Numbered from the stretch's first letter, positions 21,372 to 31,693 are shown. The stretch: DNA of 64,000 nt from Undibacterium sp. (GCF_030651495.1 NZ_JAUSFI010000098.1:8676-72675); one strand, 5' to 3'. Notes: generated from the sequence alone by a model not told the origin. Program-made: numbers and translations.

Positions 21372-21873
21372 AGTAAGCAACTTCGGTTGCTTGGAATAGC
21401 TAGCACGCAAGCTGCAGAATCAGTTTCAATTTCATCTGGATAAGCAAGCATCTCAACCAGAATAGCAGCCGTTTTTGCGCGCCTAAGAAGCTCATTACTC
21501 AGCAGAGGCACATCTTTGCTATGGTATGCCTTGCTAATGTCCTGACCCATTTCGAACAACAACGGAAGGCGGAGAGTCATTTCAATGCCAGTTATAAAGC
21601 ATAGGCAAGCAGCTAGATAAGTGCCACTCTGACATTATCCCGCTCTTGCGCATTTGATTTTCTATCACCTGCTTGCGCAGCGCTGCCGGTAATTTCATCA
21701 GCGACACTATCGCCTGCTGCAATTTGGCTTTCTCTGCCTGCTCTAGGTAAATTCCCTAGTAGTCGTTGGCATGACGGATGTCATTCATAGATTGATGAAA
21801 ATTACCTTACCGAAACAGACTGGTACGACTTCCAACCCAGTATGGGCATTCTCCGAGATGATGAGAGTAAACG

Positions 21874-22116
21874 TTAATCACTGAGCTGCTTGTAAGACTG
21901 AATTGCGGCTTTAACAGCAACATCAACGGCCCGCCTTACAGGGCCCTCATCTTCACCAATACCCATTAAAGATCCTTTTATCGCCCCTTTTTGCGCGTCG
22001 TTTAACGATATGTCGGCAGTCCAATTGACAGATTTTGGTGTGATATCAATTAATCCCTTGTAACGATATTGTTTTTTGTTTGCTTCCCGAAATTCGTAAC
22101 CATCGTGATTGAGCAT
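21874..22116 (-). CDS. hypothetical 80-aa protein, paralog of 24139-24375
   Basis: Shares HDGYEF, KKQYRY.G, WTA and GIG.DEGPVRRAVDVAVKA with the second copy; AAGGA RBS. Confidence 0.75.
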   Translation of the reverse strand: MLNHDGYEFREANKKQYRYKGLIDITPKSVNWTADISLNDAQKGAIKGSLMGIGEDEGPVRRAVDVAVKAAIQSYKQLSD

Positions 22117-22158
22117 GTGAGTCCTTTTTATAATTGGCGAGATGTTTAGAAAATTCAA

Positions 22159-22377
22159 TTAACGACGACGCTCAATTGGCCCCGCCAATACGCCAACTTG
22201 CGCGCTAGATGCGCCGGCATTTGCGCTTGCAACTTGCTTGGTGAATTGTTCTCTGGTTGCCTTGAAATAAGCGTCAACCCGAGCCAATCGTAATGCGCGC
22301 TCAGATTCAGACGATGAAGTGTTGACACCTTCACTCGCCTTTATTTGATGTTTCTTAAGCTGCGCTGTCTTTCTCAT
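22159..22377 (-). CDS. hypothetical 72-aa protein, paralog of 31493-31693
   Basis: GGAG RBS; the C-terminal half aligns without gaps to the 31493 ORF. Confidence 0.6.
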   Translation of the reverse strand: MRKTAQLKKHQIKASEGVNTSSSESERALRLARVDAYFKATREQFTKQVASANAGASSAQVGVLAGPIERRR

Positions 22378-22618
22378 GATTTTCTCCATCATTCGATTGA
22401 ATATAACATTGATTGAGTTTTGACTACCGCTACCAACATGGAATAACTTCGTTTCTTGAAGGTGCATAAGGTTTCCCGACTTGCATCAGCAAATTCCCTT
22501 GTTACGCTGGTTTCAGCTCAAAGCTTCTAAACAGTACTAATTCATCTACCTGGTTCAGAAATTTTTGCGTTGCATCCCCATGGATGCCCATTGAATGTAG
22601 TCACTCAAGGAGATCATC

Positions 22619-22960
22619 ATGATTCGCAGTACACAACGCACAGTTCGTAGCAACACCCTTATCGCTAACGCCACGCTGTTTTCCACGGACTTTTCCAGCA
22701 TTGAACGTCAACGCAGTTTATCGCTGCTGGCGGCGTCACCAAGCTGGTCGTGGAAGCATCACACTTTCCTGTTTCGCACCGTCCCGAATCGATTCAATGC
22801 TGTCACCCAGACGGTGTATCAACGTACACACTCTGCGCTGGCTTGTGGGTGGAAGCACTATTTACTCGAAGCGCACCGCATCTCATCTGTCATTCACCAA
22901 CAAGGCTTTATCGCCGGCGCACTCAACGCCTGCACGCTGGCGCATCGCTCTGATCTGTAA
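22619..22960 (+). CDS. hypothetical protein
   Basis: 113 aa with a strong AAGGAG RBS; no family recognised. Confidence 0.45.
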   Translation: MIRSTQRTVRSNTLIANATLFSTDFSSIERQRSLSLLAASPSWSWKHHTFLFRTVPNRFNAVTQTVYQRTHSALACGWKHYLLEAHRISSVIHQQGFIAGALNACTLAHRSDL

Positions 22961-23091
22961 TTTTCAATTGTGTGATCAAGCTGTTGTTGATTTTCGAAAT
23001 GACCATTACCGATAGAAAGACAAATAATGCGACCTCCCCTTCATAAAACATTTTTCCCTTTGGTAGAGATGTCTTTGCGCCGGATAATTTT

Positions 23092-23760
23092 TTACATCAG
23101 TTCGATTTCATTCTTACTCACGATACGGACCGTCGCAATCGCATCAAGACGTTTGTAGAGCTCAAACCATTTGGCCAATGAGCCTCTGCCCTAAATACGC
23201 GGGGTGTGGTTTGCTTGATTCGCTTTGCGGTCGACGGTTGCACGGATCAAAGTACGAGAGTCGCCGCAATAAATGGAAATTTCAGTGCCGTGCTCTGGAA
23301 ACGAGTCGGAAAACTTTACTGGAACATTGAAGAACCCATTGTGATAATAAGTCTTGCCAAGAGACACCTGAAACATTGGTGATGCCATTATTATTCCCGC
23401 ATCTTCTAAAGTCTGCACTTCAATTGCAGATGCTGCTTCATCGTCATTGCTCGCAATTGACTGAAGAGACGTCGGTGCTACATTAGCCTCCATCGAAGCA
23501 ACAATGGTCACTGACTTAGATTGCTGTAAGTCCGAGATGTCAATTCCGGTTTGAATTACAGATCGGGCACCATTCCAAGGTGGCATCACAGTCTTAATAA
23601 TACTGTCTTCTAATCCAGCCGCGTAGTTCAAGTGGAACTCACCGATTCGGTGATTGCCGGAATCTGCCCAAGCGTATATTTCAATGGTTTGATTCCGTTG
23701 AAGCAGCTCTAGTAATGACTGGTTATTTCGAACGTTGGTCCACTGCGTGGAATGTGGCCT
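23092..23760 (-). pseudogene. 5'-truncated gene with in-frame TAG (possibly a GIY-YIG-like nuclease remnant)
   Basis: The ORF stops at TAG 23191-23193, but the frame continues GRGSLAKWFELYKRL...IELM* to 23092. Family assignment is tentative. Confidence 0.45.
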
Positions 23761-23923
23761 AAGGTAACCAAACCTTATTTCTATTGAACAAACGTTCAAA
23801 GAAATCTATTACTACTTTTTGGGCCTGTGGTCCGACAACATATCGATCATTGCTCTTGTCCGCATCGGGAAACTCGGCGCCGCCAAAACGGTACAGCTCG
23901 TAACCTTGGAGGCGCAACCGCCT
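23759..23923 (-). pseudogene. C-terminal remnant of a DUF559/Vsr-like endonuclease gene
   Basis: Manual translation RRLRLQGYELYRFGGAEF...VIDFFERLF...*; R.L...GY.(V/L).RF is the typical C-terminal motif; no start codon. Confidence 0.5.
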
Positions 23924-24138
23924 AACCGCAACTTGCCAAGCTAATTTAAGGGACCGGGCGACTCAAATGCGATAGAGTGGTTTTCAAACCAAGAAAAAGC
24001 TCTGAAGGAAAAACTCAAGGTTGATTCCATTGAGATACTGTGATTTAGTAAATTGGCTTCCACTTAAAAAGGTTAGCAATCTGTCGTTTAGCCAGAATTT
24101 GGTATCGATGTTCTTTATACTAGTGCAGGTAGAAAAAT

Positions 24139-24375
24139 ATGCTCCATCACGACGGCTATGAATTCCACGACATAGACAAAAAACAATATCGCTATATCGG
24201 GAAAATTGAAATTGCACAAAAACTGATCAAGTGGACAGCTGAACTGACTTTTGAAGACGCCAGCAAGGGATCCATAAGCGGAACGATATCGGGCATTGGC
24301 GATGATGAAGGACCAGTTCGACGTGCGGTCGACGTCGCAGTAAAGGCCAAAATTCAATTGATGACTGGCCTGTAA
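24139..24375 (+). CDS. hypothetical 78-aa protein, paralog of 21874-22116
   Basis: Protein-level conservation with the inverted copy. Confidence 0.75.
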   Translation: MLHHDGYEFHDIDKKQYRYIGKIEIAQKLIKWTAELTFEDASKGSISGTISGIGDDEGPVRRAVDVAVKAKIQLMTGL

Positions 24376-24654
24376 TTTAAAGTAGCCCAACCATAACTTC
24401 CTCGAAGTCGTAAGCTTGGGAAGCTTGCATAGATTTTCAATGTTTACGCGGCTTTCAAACCTGTTTTAGTTCCGTAAAAATAACTATCCTTTTGCAACTC
24501 CATAAAATTATAATAATGTTAATTTTATGGAGCTACTTTTATGAATATTTTTACTAATTCTTCCTTAGCTTTCTCGACGTCCAAGAAGCGATTGACTGTC
24601 AACAGTTCTTCGACGGCTTGCATTTTGGTTGTTAGCTTGTCGACTCGTGGATGC

Positions 24655-25992
24655 CTATGCTGGAGTTAGTTGCTTACCGGCGCGAAATCGTTCAAGTGCC
24701 TCCGCTATGGCTTCCTCAGGAACTCGTGGGATGATGTTTACGGGGATAATTACGTCGCAATCGACAGGCTCGACACCTTCGATAGACAGTTCCACGATCC
24801 GATTTCCGATGACACTGTGAAAATAGCGGGCATGGTCCTCCACATCCTGTTCCGTAATATCGCTGTCGGCCCGCAATCCACCATCCTCCAGCAATGCATG
24901 CATTCTTCCATTTTGGACATCCATAAGGAAGGCTAAATAGATTGTGCCACGCTCATTGCGCAAAAAGAAAGTAATGCCGCCGGCACCAGCTTCACGAGGT
25001 AGGAAAGTCATAGCCCGAAATTGTTCTGGTGGCGTATCTGGCCACAAACAAACTGTGACTGTGGATCGCACTAAGTTTTCGATTTCGCTGGCGTCGTTGA
25101 GCGCCCCCCCCGCTCTCATCGTTTGCACTGCTTCGGACGCCATGAGTGTGTACCAAGGCACCAGCCGATCGCGTGTATTGAAGAGGTCCATTTCGTCGGG
25201 AACCTCGGCGTCGATCTTGATGTATTGCTTTGCCAATGCCGCGATCACGTGCAAGTCAGCTGCAATACGCTGGCGGTCCGCTGGCACATCGGGATCGACA
25301 ATATTTCCGTCAACGCTGGCATGCGCGACGGCACAACGCCCGGATTCGAATAAATGATTATTGACGTCGACACCTTGTGCCCGAAGCAAATTAATGCGAG
25401 CTACAGCGCGTTCTTCTGTTACAAGGTCGAGATTTTTACCCACCCATTCCACCCGATCTCTTGCCCGAAATTGGCTCTCAAGAACTTTAAAATAGGATAA
25501 AAATGAATACGGTTCATGTACATGCTCAAGCCGGCGTCCTTCTCGAAAAAAAGCAAGCGCTTTTCTCACTTGATCGTCTTCGATAATTGGCATGTGATTA
25601 CAGCTAAACCTTCTAGTCCCATTCTGCAGCATGGTGGCTAAGTTATCGCGTTGTGCGGCATAGCGAATAATTCTGGTACCCCAGTTCGAACTCGTGATAT
25701 CCACATATCCACGCATAAAAAAACCTAAAATGGAGGTGAAGCGGTAGAGTCTTGAGAGGGAGTGGCTAGTCTCCTCGCGCGTTGATGGGGTGCTAATACA
25801 TGGAGCAAATCGATGTCCGTCCTCTTGCCGGGCGCCGTGAAGAAGGAAGTCGACACCATCGTATTCCACGAGAACGTCGTCCTGCGGCCAAGCGATGGAC
25901 GATGCAACGACAGCGGTCAGCCAGCCAAACCTGCCTTCGGTCTTCGCCAAGGCGTCCTCACCGAAAAAATGTGGAACATACGGAGTGCGCAT
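24655..25992 (-). CDS. MauJ-like / ApeA-like HEPN-domain protein (putative RNase effector)
   Basis: ALAFFREG...YSFLSYFKVLE...GRCAVAH contains the HEPN RxxxxH motif; directly downstream of the PIN-domain gene. Confidence 0.65.
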   Translation of the reverse strand: MRTPYVPHFFGEDALAKTEGRFGWLTAVVASSIAWPQDDVLVEYDGVDFLLHGARQEDGHRFAPCISTPSTREETSHSLSRLYRFTSILGFFMRGYVDITSSNWGTRIIRYAAQRDNLATMLQNGTRRFSCNHMPIIEDDQVRKALAFFREGRRLEHVHEPYSFLSYFKVLESQFRARDRVEWVGKNLDLVTEERAVARINLLRAQGVDVNNHLFESGRCAVAHASVDGNIVDPDVPADRQRIAADLHVIAALAKQYIKIDAEVPDEMDLFNTRDRLVPWYTLMASEAVQTMRAGGALNDASEIENLVRSTVTVCLWPDTPPEQFRAMTFLPREAGAGGITFFLRNERGTIYLAFLMDVQNGRMHALLEDGGLRADSDITEQDVEDHARYFHSVIGNRIVELSIEGVEPVDCDVIIPVNIIPRVPEEAIAEALERFRAGKQLTPA

Positions 25993-26102
25993 AATTTTTC
26001 CTTGGTTAAATCTAATTTACGCTAAGTTCAAATTTTTCTCGCAAAATACCCAGGCGTTTTTTGTCTTTTCGCCTAACCTCTCAATCCATAAGCAGCATAG
26101 TG

Positions 26103-29100
26103 CTACTTCTTCGCGTTAATGAACAAAGGGGTTCGCCCACAATTAAGAACCTTAACCCGAATTTCGCGGTCTTGCCGTGGCTCCGTCGACCATGCTTGGC
26201 CTTCTCGAGCTGCAGCCGTCATGAACCTAACAAGATTCATGTAGTCGCGTTGTGAAACTTCCGCAGCTTTTGGATGGTAGTTGGCAACACTGTCATTGGG
26301 CTCAAGTAATGCTGCAATGAATTCCCCTATTGTCTCCATAGCATTGGCTGGGCAGGCCTTATGGCGCAAAAGACCGTCAACGATATGCTTCAGAAACTCA
26401 GCCACGACACCAAACTGCACCCCTGGCGCGGCGACTCGAGTGATGAAATCCAGCGAAATATCAAACGCAACAGAGAACTCAGTATTCGGCTGAGACAAGT
26501 GTTGAACATACTTACTAAACCCAGATTGCAGCCAATTGTCGCCTTGCTCGCACAGCATCAAAATATCGTTTGCAGATAGAGAGGTGAACGTCCGATTCCG
26601 CATGAACAATTTGGCGGTGGCCAGCGCGTAATGCTCTTCCGATAGCACGCCTTTGGTCGCCGCATTCATCAGGATAGGCTGAGGCCAAACACTACGCACA
26701 TTCACGGCAGAGGCCCATTGCCGCAGATGGCCGTCAAGCGTGATTAAGACACCATTCTTTTCAGCAGCCAGCATGAGGGTCGAGTATTCCTCTCGGGATA
26801 TCAGGTCTTTCAGACCAAGCAAGATTTCGTGCGGATTCTCGGGGCCATACGATGGCGTAACTTGGCAGTATTTATCTATCGCTGCTGCAATCGCGTTGAA
26901 CTGTTCAAGCGCATGATGATGAGTTGCCTCTGTATGTTCGATATACCCAAGTTTCCCGTCGTCATCAAAAGCCTGGCCGACCGAACGAACTTGCTTAGCT
27001 TCTTCAAGCTTTCCGAGCACAATGTCCCGTGACGTCTCCGAAATGAATAAATTCGGGAAGGTAGCCAGAGCCGCAACACCGTCGATACAGACAAGTTCGG
27101 TCAGCGTCGTGCTGTCGATGATGAAAGACAAAGTAGCGTCTTCAATCAAACCTACCGCAATCAATCGTTCGGGTACAGTACCGTCGCATGAGACCAGGGC
27201 CGGCCCATTCGATGGCCAGCATAGCACGAGGTCAATAGGGCTTGTTCCCAGCATCCGCCCCAAACAGCCCAGAGTAATTGGACTCGATTCGTATTGCTGC
27301 AGCATTGCCTTGCCATGCGCACTAGAACGCTGGAGCTGAGCCAACATCTCGCTGAAATCAGCCTCGCCGTCCGCCGAGGTTCCTATTGAAAGAGCCATCA
27401 GGTTGGGGACCGGCGATACTGACTTGCTAACTGCTGCAAATGCGCATTGGAGCAGGCGATGATACGCCGACGCAATTGCAGCAACTGTGTAGACTCGATA
27501 CGAATTAAACGCGCCTTCAATAGTCACTGAATCTCCGACTTTCGCACCAATAAAGCGTTCCGATTCGGCGTTGGTCGCGGGTTTATACTCTGTGGTCGCG
27601 GGAAGGCCCAGCACCTCACTTGGGTCGATGGTGAGTATGTGCTCGACTCCTTTTTCATCATGTAGAGTTACCGACGTTCCTGGGGCGACGACGTCCAAGT
27701 GCGTCTCCATATTTGGCAGCCGCTCTGTAACTACAAGGGTCGTAATCACCAGTGCTGATGCACTTTCTATGTCATCAACATTTAGGCGCCTTAGCCGGTA
27801 CATTCGCCGCATTCCATTGGCCTCCAGGCCATACTTCAGCTCTAATCCGCCAAGTTGCGACGTTTGATGGATGGACCCCGTCAAATCCAGAGGAGCACTC
27901 CTGAGGAAGTCCTGGAGTTCCAAGACCGATTTCCGCCTTACATCAACCATGAACTTGAAGAGCCAACTCGAAACATGTTGCGGCACTTTCGCGAATTCGG
28001 CATCAGCGAGCGTGGTCAGCATCCTCCAATCGCTGGCGAGTTGGCCAAGTTCAATGGCTAGTGACCTTGTGTCGTCATCTTCAACCCAGCCACTGGGGAA
28101 CGATTCGAGTAACTGCTTTGCCTTTTGGGTCGAGCCGGTCTTAAGATAACAGCAAAGGAGGCGATTATGCAGCTCACTGTGCTGCTTCTTGGGTAAAATT
28201 TTTACATAGTAAGGAATCGCTTGCTCGAACTTTTTCGCGTCGAAAAGCACCTCGGCGAGAATCAGGTCGCCCTCTGTCGATTCTGATTTTTCTACAACCA
28301 ACTTCGCCCGTTCGATTAGGATATTCGCTCGTTCCGAATCGGCTGACCGCAGCAATACTCGGGCTCCAGCGGCCAAGAGGTGTAAGCTGTCCGAAGTATC
28401 TAGACTGGCCTTTTTTACCTCCTCAATAATTTCTGCTTTTTTTGGTGTGCGCAAATAGCTCATCCAACGGATGGCACGCAAAATCTCGGATGCATGCGAA
28501 TCAGCAGGCTCTATCTTTTCACCGGCGAGGAGACATTCGTCAACCAACTGAATGTCTCCGAGGTTGCCCGCCTCCTGTGCTAGACGGACTAACCCATCTG
28601 CACCGAGTTTGCTTACGCTAGCATGCCCGAGTTTCAGCAGCTCCTGGTTCTTGCCAAGTTTATTTAGAGCGTCGAGTTCTACTCTGAGAATGTTATGCGA
28701 CGCTATGCCATATGCGCCAGCCTCCCTAGCCACAGCCAAGGCTGTTTCGGCATCTTCGAGCATCAGGTAAGCACAACCGAGAAATGCTGCGCTCTTAGCG
28801 AGCACTTCTGGCGACTGCACATCCCAAAGTCTGTCAAGCCGGGGATTAAACGCGTCGGTAACTTGCACAAGAGCTTGGCGAAGACCGTCCGGCAACAAAT
28901 CGTAAAGGGACAGTACGCCGTCATGCATGATGGTTTCAACCACTATTGCTAATGCGGCGTTCCTGGTAAAGAACCCGGCACCGGCTGACGTCAACGCCTG
29001 GAGGATAAGGTGAACAGCCTCCATTCGCTGGCCTTGGAAATGTTTTCCCCATGCGAGTATTTGCAATGCGTCTGCTTCACCCCGAATGCTCGCCGGCAGG

Positions 29101-30563
29101 TCAGAAAGTTCTAATTTATCTCCACGAATCATCCGCGCGTTGCCGAACGCAAGCCAGACTTGCAGCGATTCCGGAAATCGTGCAATGGCCGCTTCACCAG
29201 CAGCAATAGACGCGTCAGTTTGGTTCAGCAACATTAGGCCGCGAATATGAGCTGCCACCATCTTTTCGTCGTCGCTCGAGAGGTCCGCCGCACGCATGAA
29301 GTCTTTGGCCGCATCTTTTTCATTTCCGAAATACCAAGAGCAAATGCCGCGCTGTTGGAACCAGCGCGCTCTTTGATGTGAATCGAACGGTGCGAGGTCT
29401 TTGCCAATCGTGGTTAGGTCCGTTTGTGCATCGCGATAGTGGCACTTCTTTAACTTCTCGGCTATCGCGTCCAGTTGTGCGGAAATCACTTTATCGACCG
29501 AATCCGGTCGAGCAGAAGATAGAACTTCAGCCGGTGGGGCTGCCGGTGCTACATCGAGTAAAGTACTTAGGGTTGAAACGGTTCCAACGGGGCTGACGGA
29601 CAAAGCGCCCCCTGCTGTAAGGCTTGCTGTTTGAATAGCATCTGCCGTGAGGCCCGCTAAAGATAGTGACGCTGCAGCACCCTCTCTGTGAACTTTGAAC
29701 TTCGCAGCAATGCGGCTCGAAATCTGCACGTCCAAATTTGCAAACGCCACAGAGCCAGCAACCGCGTTTAATTTCTGACATGCATTGACAAGTTCGCTCC
29801 AAATTCCTTGGGGATTGGAAGCGATGGCATCACCAAGAATCAATTTAATATGGCTAAGATGAGACGCGTATTCTGGAGTATTGTCAGTCGAAAGCGTGTG
29901 GGATACGAACCAAAGTTGTTTAACAAAATGATGAAAAGTTTGAGGATGGATAGGGCCGTCCACGACGTTCATCACGACACCTAGAATGGCTTTGAACGCT
30001 CCTCGATTTGTATCGGAACTAAACTTTTCCGCTGTCGATTTGAGATAGAATTCATCAGCTTTCAACGACGTTCGTGCGAATTGGGCAATGGCAACGCAGC
30101 CCTGCAAATAAGACTTTTCCAGCCCATCGTACACCAATACAAACCGGTCAATGTCGGGAATGAACACGTTCGAGTTTATGAAATCGAGCCAGGCGGCAGT
30201 GATGGCTTCGGAAAATGCAGGGTTGGAAGCAGTCGCCTTTGCCGTTCGTTTGACCTGAATCAGGACTTTATGGGATACACCTACCTGGTCTTCAACCGTG
30301 CAGATTAGGTCATCAGTCTCATAGCCGTGAATCTTGCCTTGGAACTGGAGGCATATTACCTTGCCTTCCGGAAAAATTACGGGAGGAAGGCCCCCGAACA
30401 TTGCGAGTAAATAGACGGCTTGGACGCGGGACTCATATGACACCCCGGCTCCGCCTGTCGAGACAGGATTCGATAAGTTCTTCTGCGGCGAACTTGTAGC
30501 CTTTTTGGATGGATTGGCCTTCTTTGCAGTGGCGGTTGGCTTGTTTGCTCGCGTTCCGGTCAT
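26103..30563 (-). CDS. large putative defence protein: N-terminal PD-(D/E)xK nuclease, TPR repeats, GreA/B C-terminal-like domain, PIN domain
   Basis: STGGAG..YE, ETDD...IQVK at the N-terminus; TPR-like helices; G..VTL...IGAKVGD.V (GreA-C); IIDSTTL...LITLD..LR (PIN). Confidence 0.75.
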   Translation of the reverse strand: MTGTRANKPTATAKKANPSKKATSSPQKNLSNPVSTGGAGVSYESRVQAVYLLAMFGGLPPVIFPEGKVICLQFQGKIHGYETDDLICTVEDQVGVSHKVLIQVKRTAKATASNPAFSEAITAAWLDFINSNVFIPDIDRFVLVYDGLEKSYLQGCVAIAQFARTSLKADEFYLKSTAEKFSSDTNRGAFKAILGVVMNVVDGPIHPQTFHHFVKQLWFVSHTLSTDNTPEYASHLSHIKLILGDAIASNPQGIWSELVNACQKLNAVAGSVAFANLDVQISSRIAAKFKVHREGAAASLSLAGLTADAIQTASLTAGGALSVSPVGTVSTLSTLLDVAPAAPPAEVLSSARPDSVDKVISAQLDAIAEKLKKCHYRDAQTDLTTIGKDLAPFDSHQRARWFQQRGICSWYFGNEKDAAKDFMRAADLSSDDEKMVAAHIRGLMLLNQTDASIAAGEAAIARFPESLQVWLAFGNARMIRGDKLELSDLPASIRGEADALQILAWGKHFQGQRMEAVHLILQALTSAGAGFFTRNAALAIVVETIMHDGVLSLYDLLPDGLRQALVQVTDAFNPRLDRLWDVQSPEVLAKSAAFLGCAYLMLEDAETALAVAREAGAYGIASHNILRVELDALNKLGKNQELLKLGHASVSKLGADGLVRLAQEAGNLGDIQLVDECLLAGEKIEPADSHASEILRAIRWMSYLRTPKKAEIIEEVKKASLDTSDSLHLLAAGARVLLRSADSERANILIERAKLVVEKSESTEGDLILAEVLFDAKKFEQAIPYYVKILPKKQHSELHNRLLCCYLKTGSTQKAKQLLESFPSGWVEDDDTRSLAIELGQLASDWRMLTTLADAEFAKVPQHVSSWLFKFMVDVRRKSVLELQDFLRSAPLDLTGSIHQTSQLGGLELKYGLEANGMRRMYRLRRLNVDDIESASALVITTLVVTERLPNMETHLDVVAPGTSVTLHDEKGVEHILTIDPSEVLGLPATTEYKPATNAESERFIGAKVGDSVTIEGAFNSYRVYTVAAIASAYHRLLQCAFAAVSKSVSPVPNLMALSIGTSADGEADFSEMLAQLQRSSAHGKAMLQQYESSPITLGCLGRMLGTSPIDLVLCWPSNGPALVSCDGTVPERLIAVGLIEDATLSFIIDSTTLTELVCIDGVAALATFPNLFISETSRDIVLGKLEEAKQVRSVGQAFDDDGKLGYIEHTEATHHHALEQFNAIAAAIDKYCQVTPSYGPENPHEILLGLKDLISREEYSTLMLAAEKNGVLITLDGHLRQWASAVNVRSVWPQPILMNAATKGVLSEEHYALATAKLFMRNRTFTSLSANDILMLCEQGDNWLQSGFSKYVQHLSQPNTEFSVAFDISLDFITRVAAPGVQFGVVAEFLKHIVDGLLRHKACPANAMETIGEFIAALLEPNDSVANYHPKAAEVSQRDYMNLVRFMTAAAREGQAWSTEPRQDREIRVKVLNCGRTPLFINAKK

Positions 30564-30626
30564 CGTTTAGTGCTCACCGCAGTTCCGTGGTCGTTAATGG
30601 ATACACAAGAAAATATTTTTCCATTT

Positions 30627-31304
30627 CTAAATTACTCCCTGAATTGCATCACGCATATTGATTGCATCAGACTCAACCAACTTTTTAGCGGCTTTCAAAC
30701 TCTTCAAACCAAGAACATGCGCCATATCCCTGATATTAATTTTGCCCATATTGTTCTGGTATAGCTTCACGGCAAATGTTCGTCTTGCGCTTGCTGTAGT
30801 CAGACCGTCGATATTCGCATCACCCATAATCTTGTTCAGTAGGCGAGTCATCGAATTGCATTCGGTGTAAGTCTTCCCATTTTTCTTGGTCGAATTAATA
30901 GCGAAGCCTTGCCCCTCTCGTGCCAGGAACAAAGCAGACTTCGGTTGCAATCCGCGAAATCCTGCCCCCTCGCCGACTCGCAACGCTACGCCTTGATTAT
31001 GGAGAACTCGATACACTAAATAGGCATCAATTGCCTCTACAAGTTTTGGTGCAACCCACATCAACGGCCTCTCAGTACCGTTAAAAGCAATTTCAGCCCG
31101 TACCGTACTCTCGGGAATGATTGCATTTGACCGTTTGCAGTAATCTCGAACTTCCAATCGAGCAATCTCTTTAGGGGTGAGGCCGGTGCCGAATAGAGTC
31201 CAAACAAGGGCAACGTTACGTAAGGCGTTCTCAGGGCTGGCCACACGTGCCACCTTAATAATTTCTTTCAGTTGTTTATCAGTAACGATCGGTGCTTTTG
31301 GCAT
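30627..31304 (-). CDS. small tyrosine-recombinase-fold protein with degenerate active site
   Basis: RN.AL...L..TGL...EI..L and RRTFA...LG fold motifs are present, but it reads GLT (not GLR), ASAR (not HxxR) and LGL (not LGH), with no C-terminal Tyr. Confidence 0.8.
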   Translation of the reverse strand: MPKAPIVTDKQLKEIIKVARVASPENALRNVALVWTLFGTGLTPKEIARLEVRDYCKRSNAIIPESTVRAEIAFNGTERPLMWVAPKLVEAIDAYLVYRVLHNQGVALRVGEGAGFRGLQPKSALFLAREGQGFAINSTKKNGKTYTECNSMTRLLNKIMGDANIDGLTTASARRTFAVKLYQNNMGKINIRDMAHVLGLKSLKAAKKLVESDAINMRDAIQGVI

Positions 31305-31441
31305 GTCAGGAAACTTCGCAAATCAAATTGATTCGATTCTAACAAATAATTCGATATAAACCAGCATTAATTACGGAAATGCGCCACTCAACGGAAAATT
31401 GCCCAGGTCATCACTCTGGCAGCGGCACGAAATTTCGGACG

Positions 31442-31470
31442 AAAAAAAACCTCACTTCAGTGAGGCTTTC
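31442..31470 (-). terminator. rho-independent terminator
   Basis: CCTCAC-TTCA-GTGAGG hairpin with an A8 run (U tract on the minus strand), downstream of 31493-31693. Confidence 0.6.
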
Positions 31471-31492
31471 CGGCATTTAATTTATATCCTGT

Positions 31493-31693
31493 TTATCTGG
31501 CCAGCACACCGTTTTCAGGTTCTTGATCTGCATCACCACGTTTAGCAAAATTAGCCGTATATTGCAGTCGTCTCTCACGAACATGGGCCGCAGCGTTGGC
31601 GATCAGCGGTGCGTAGGTTTTGCCAACCTCTGCTGCACTCGGTTTAACAACCACCGATTTCTTGCGGCGCTGAGAAAATATCGAAATTTTCAT
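31493..31693 (-). CDS. hypothetical 66-aa protein, paralog of 22159-22377
   Basis: AAGGAGG RBS, own terminator, similarity to the 22159 ORF. Confidence 0.65.
   Translation of the reverse strand: MKISIFSQRRKKSVVVKPSAAEVGKTYAPLIANAAAHVRERRLQYTANFAKRGDADQEPENGVLAR

Noticed and set aside
21627-21654. CTCTGACATTA-TCCCGC-TCTTGCGCATT as a fourth cargo site
   Set aside because: The left arm matches, but the right arm is only 6/11 and lacks TAAT; too weak without a PWM score.
22443-22452. ATAACTTCGT resembling a loxP arm
   Set aside because: Only 10 bp with no partner arm; likely chance.
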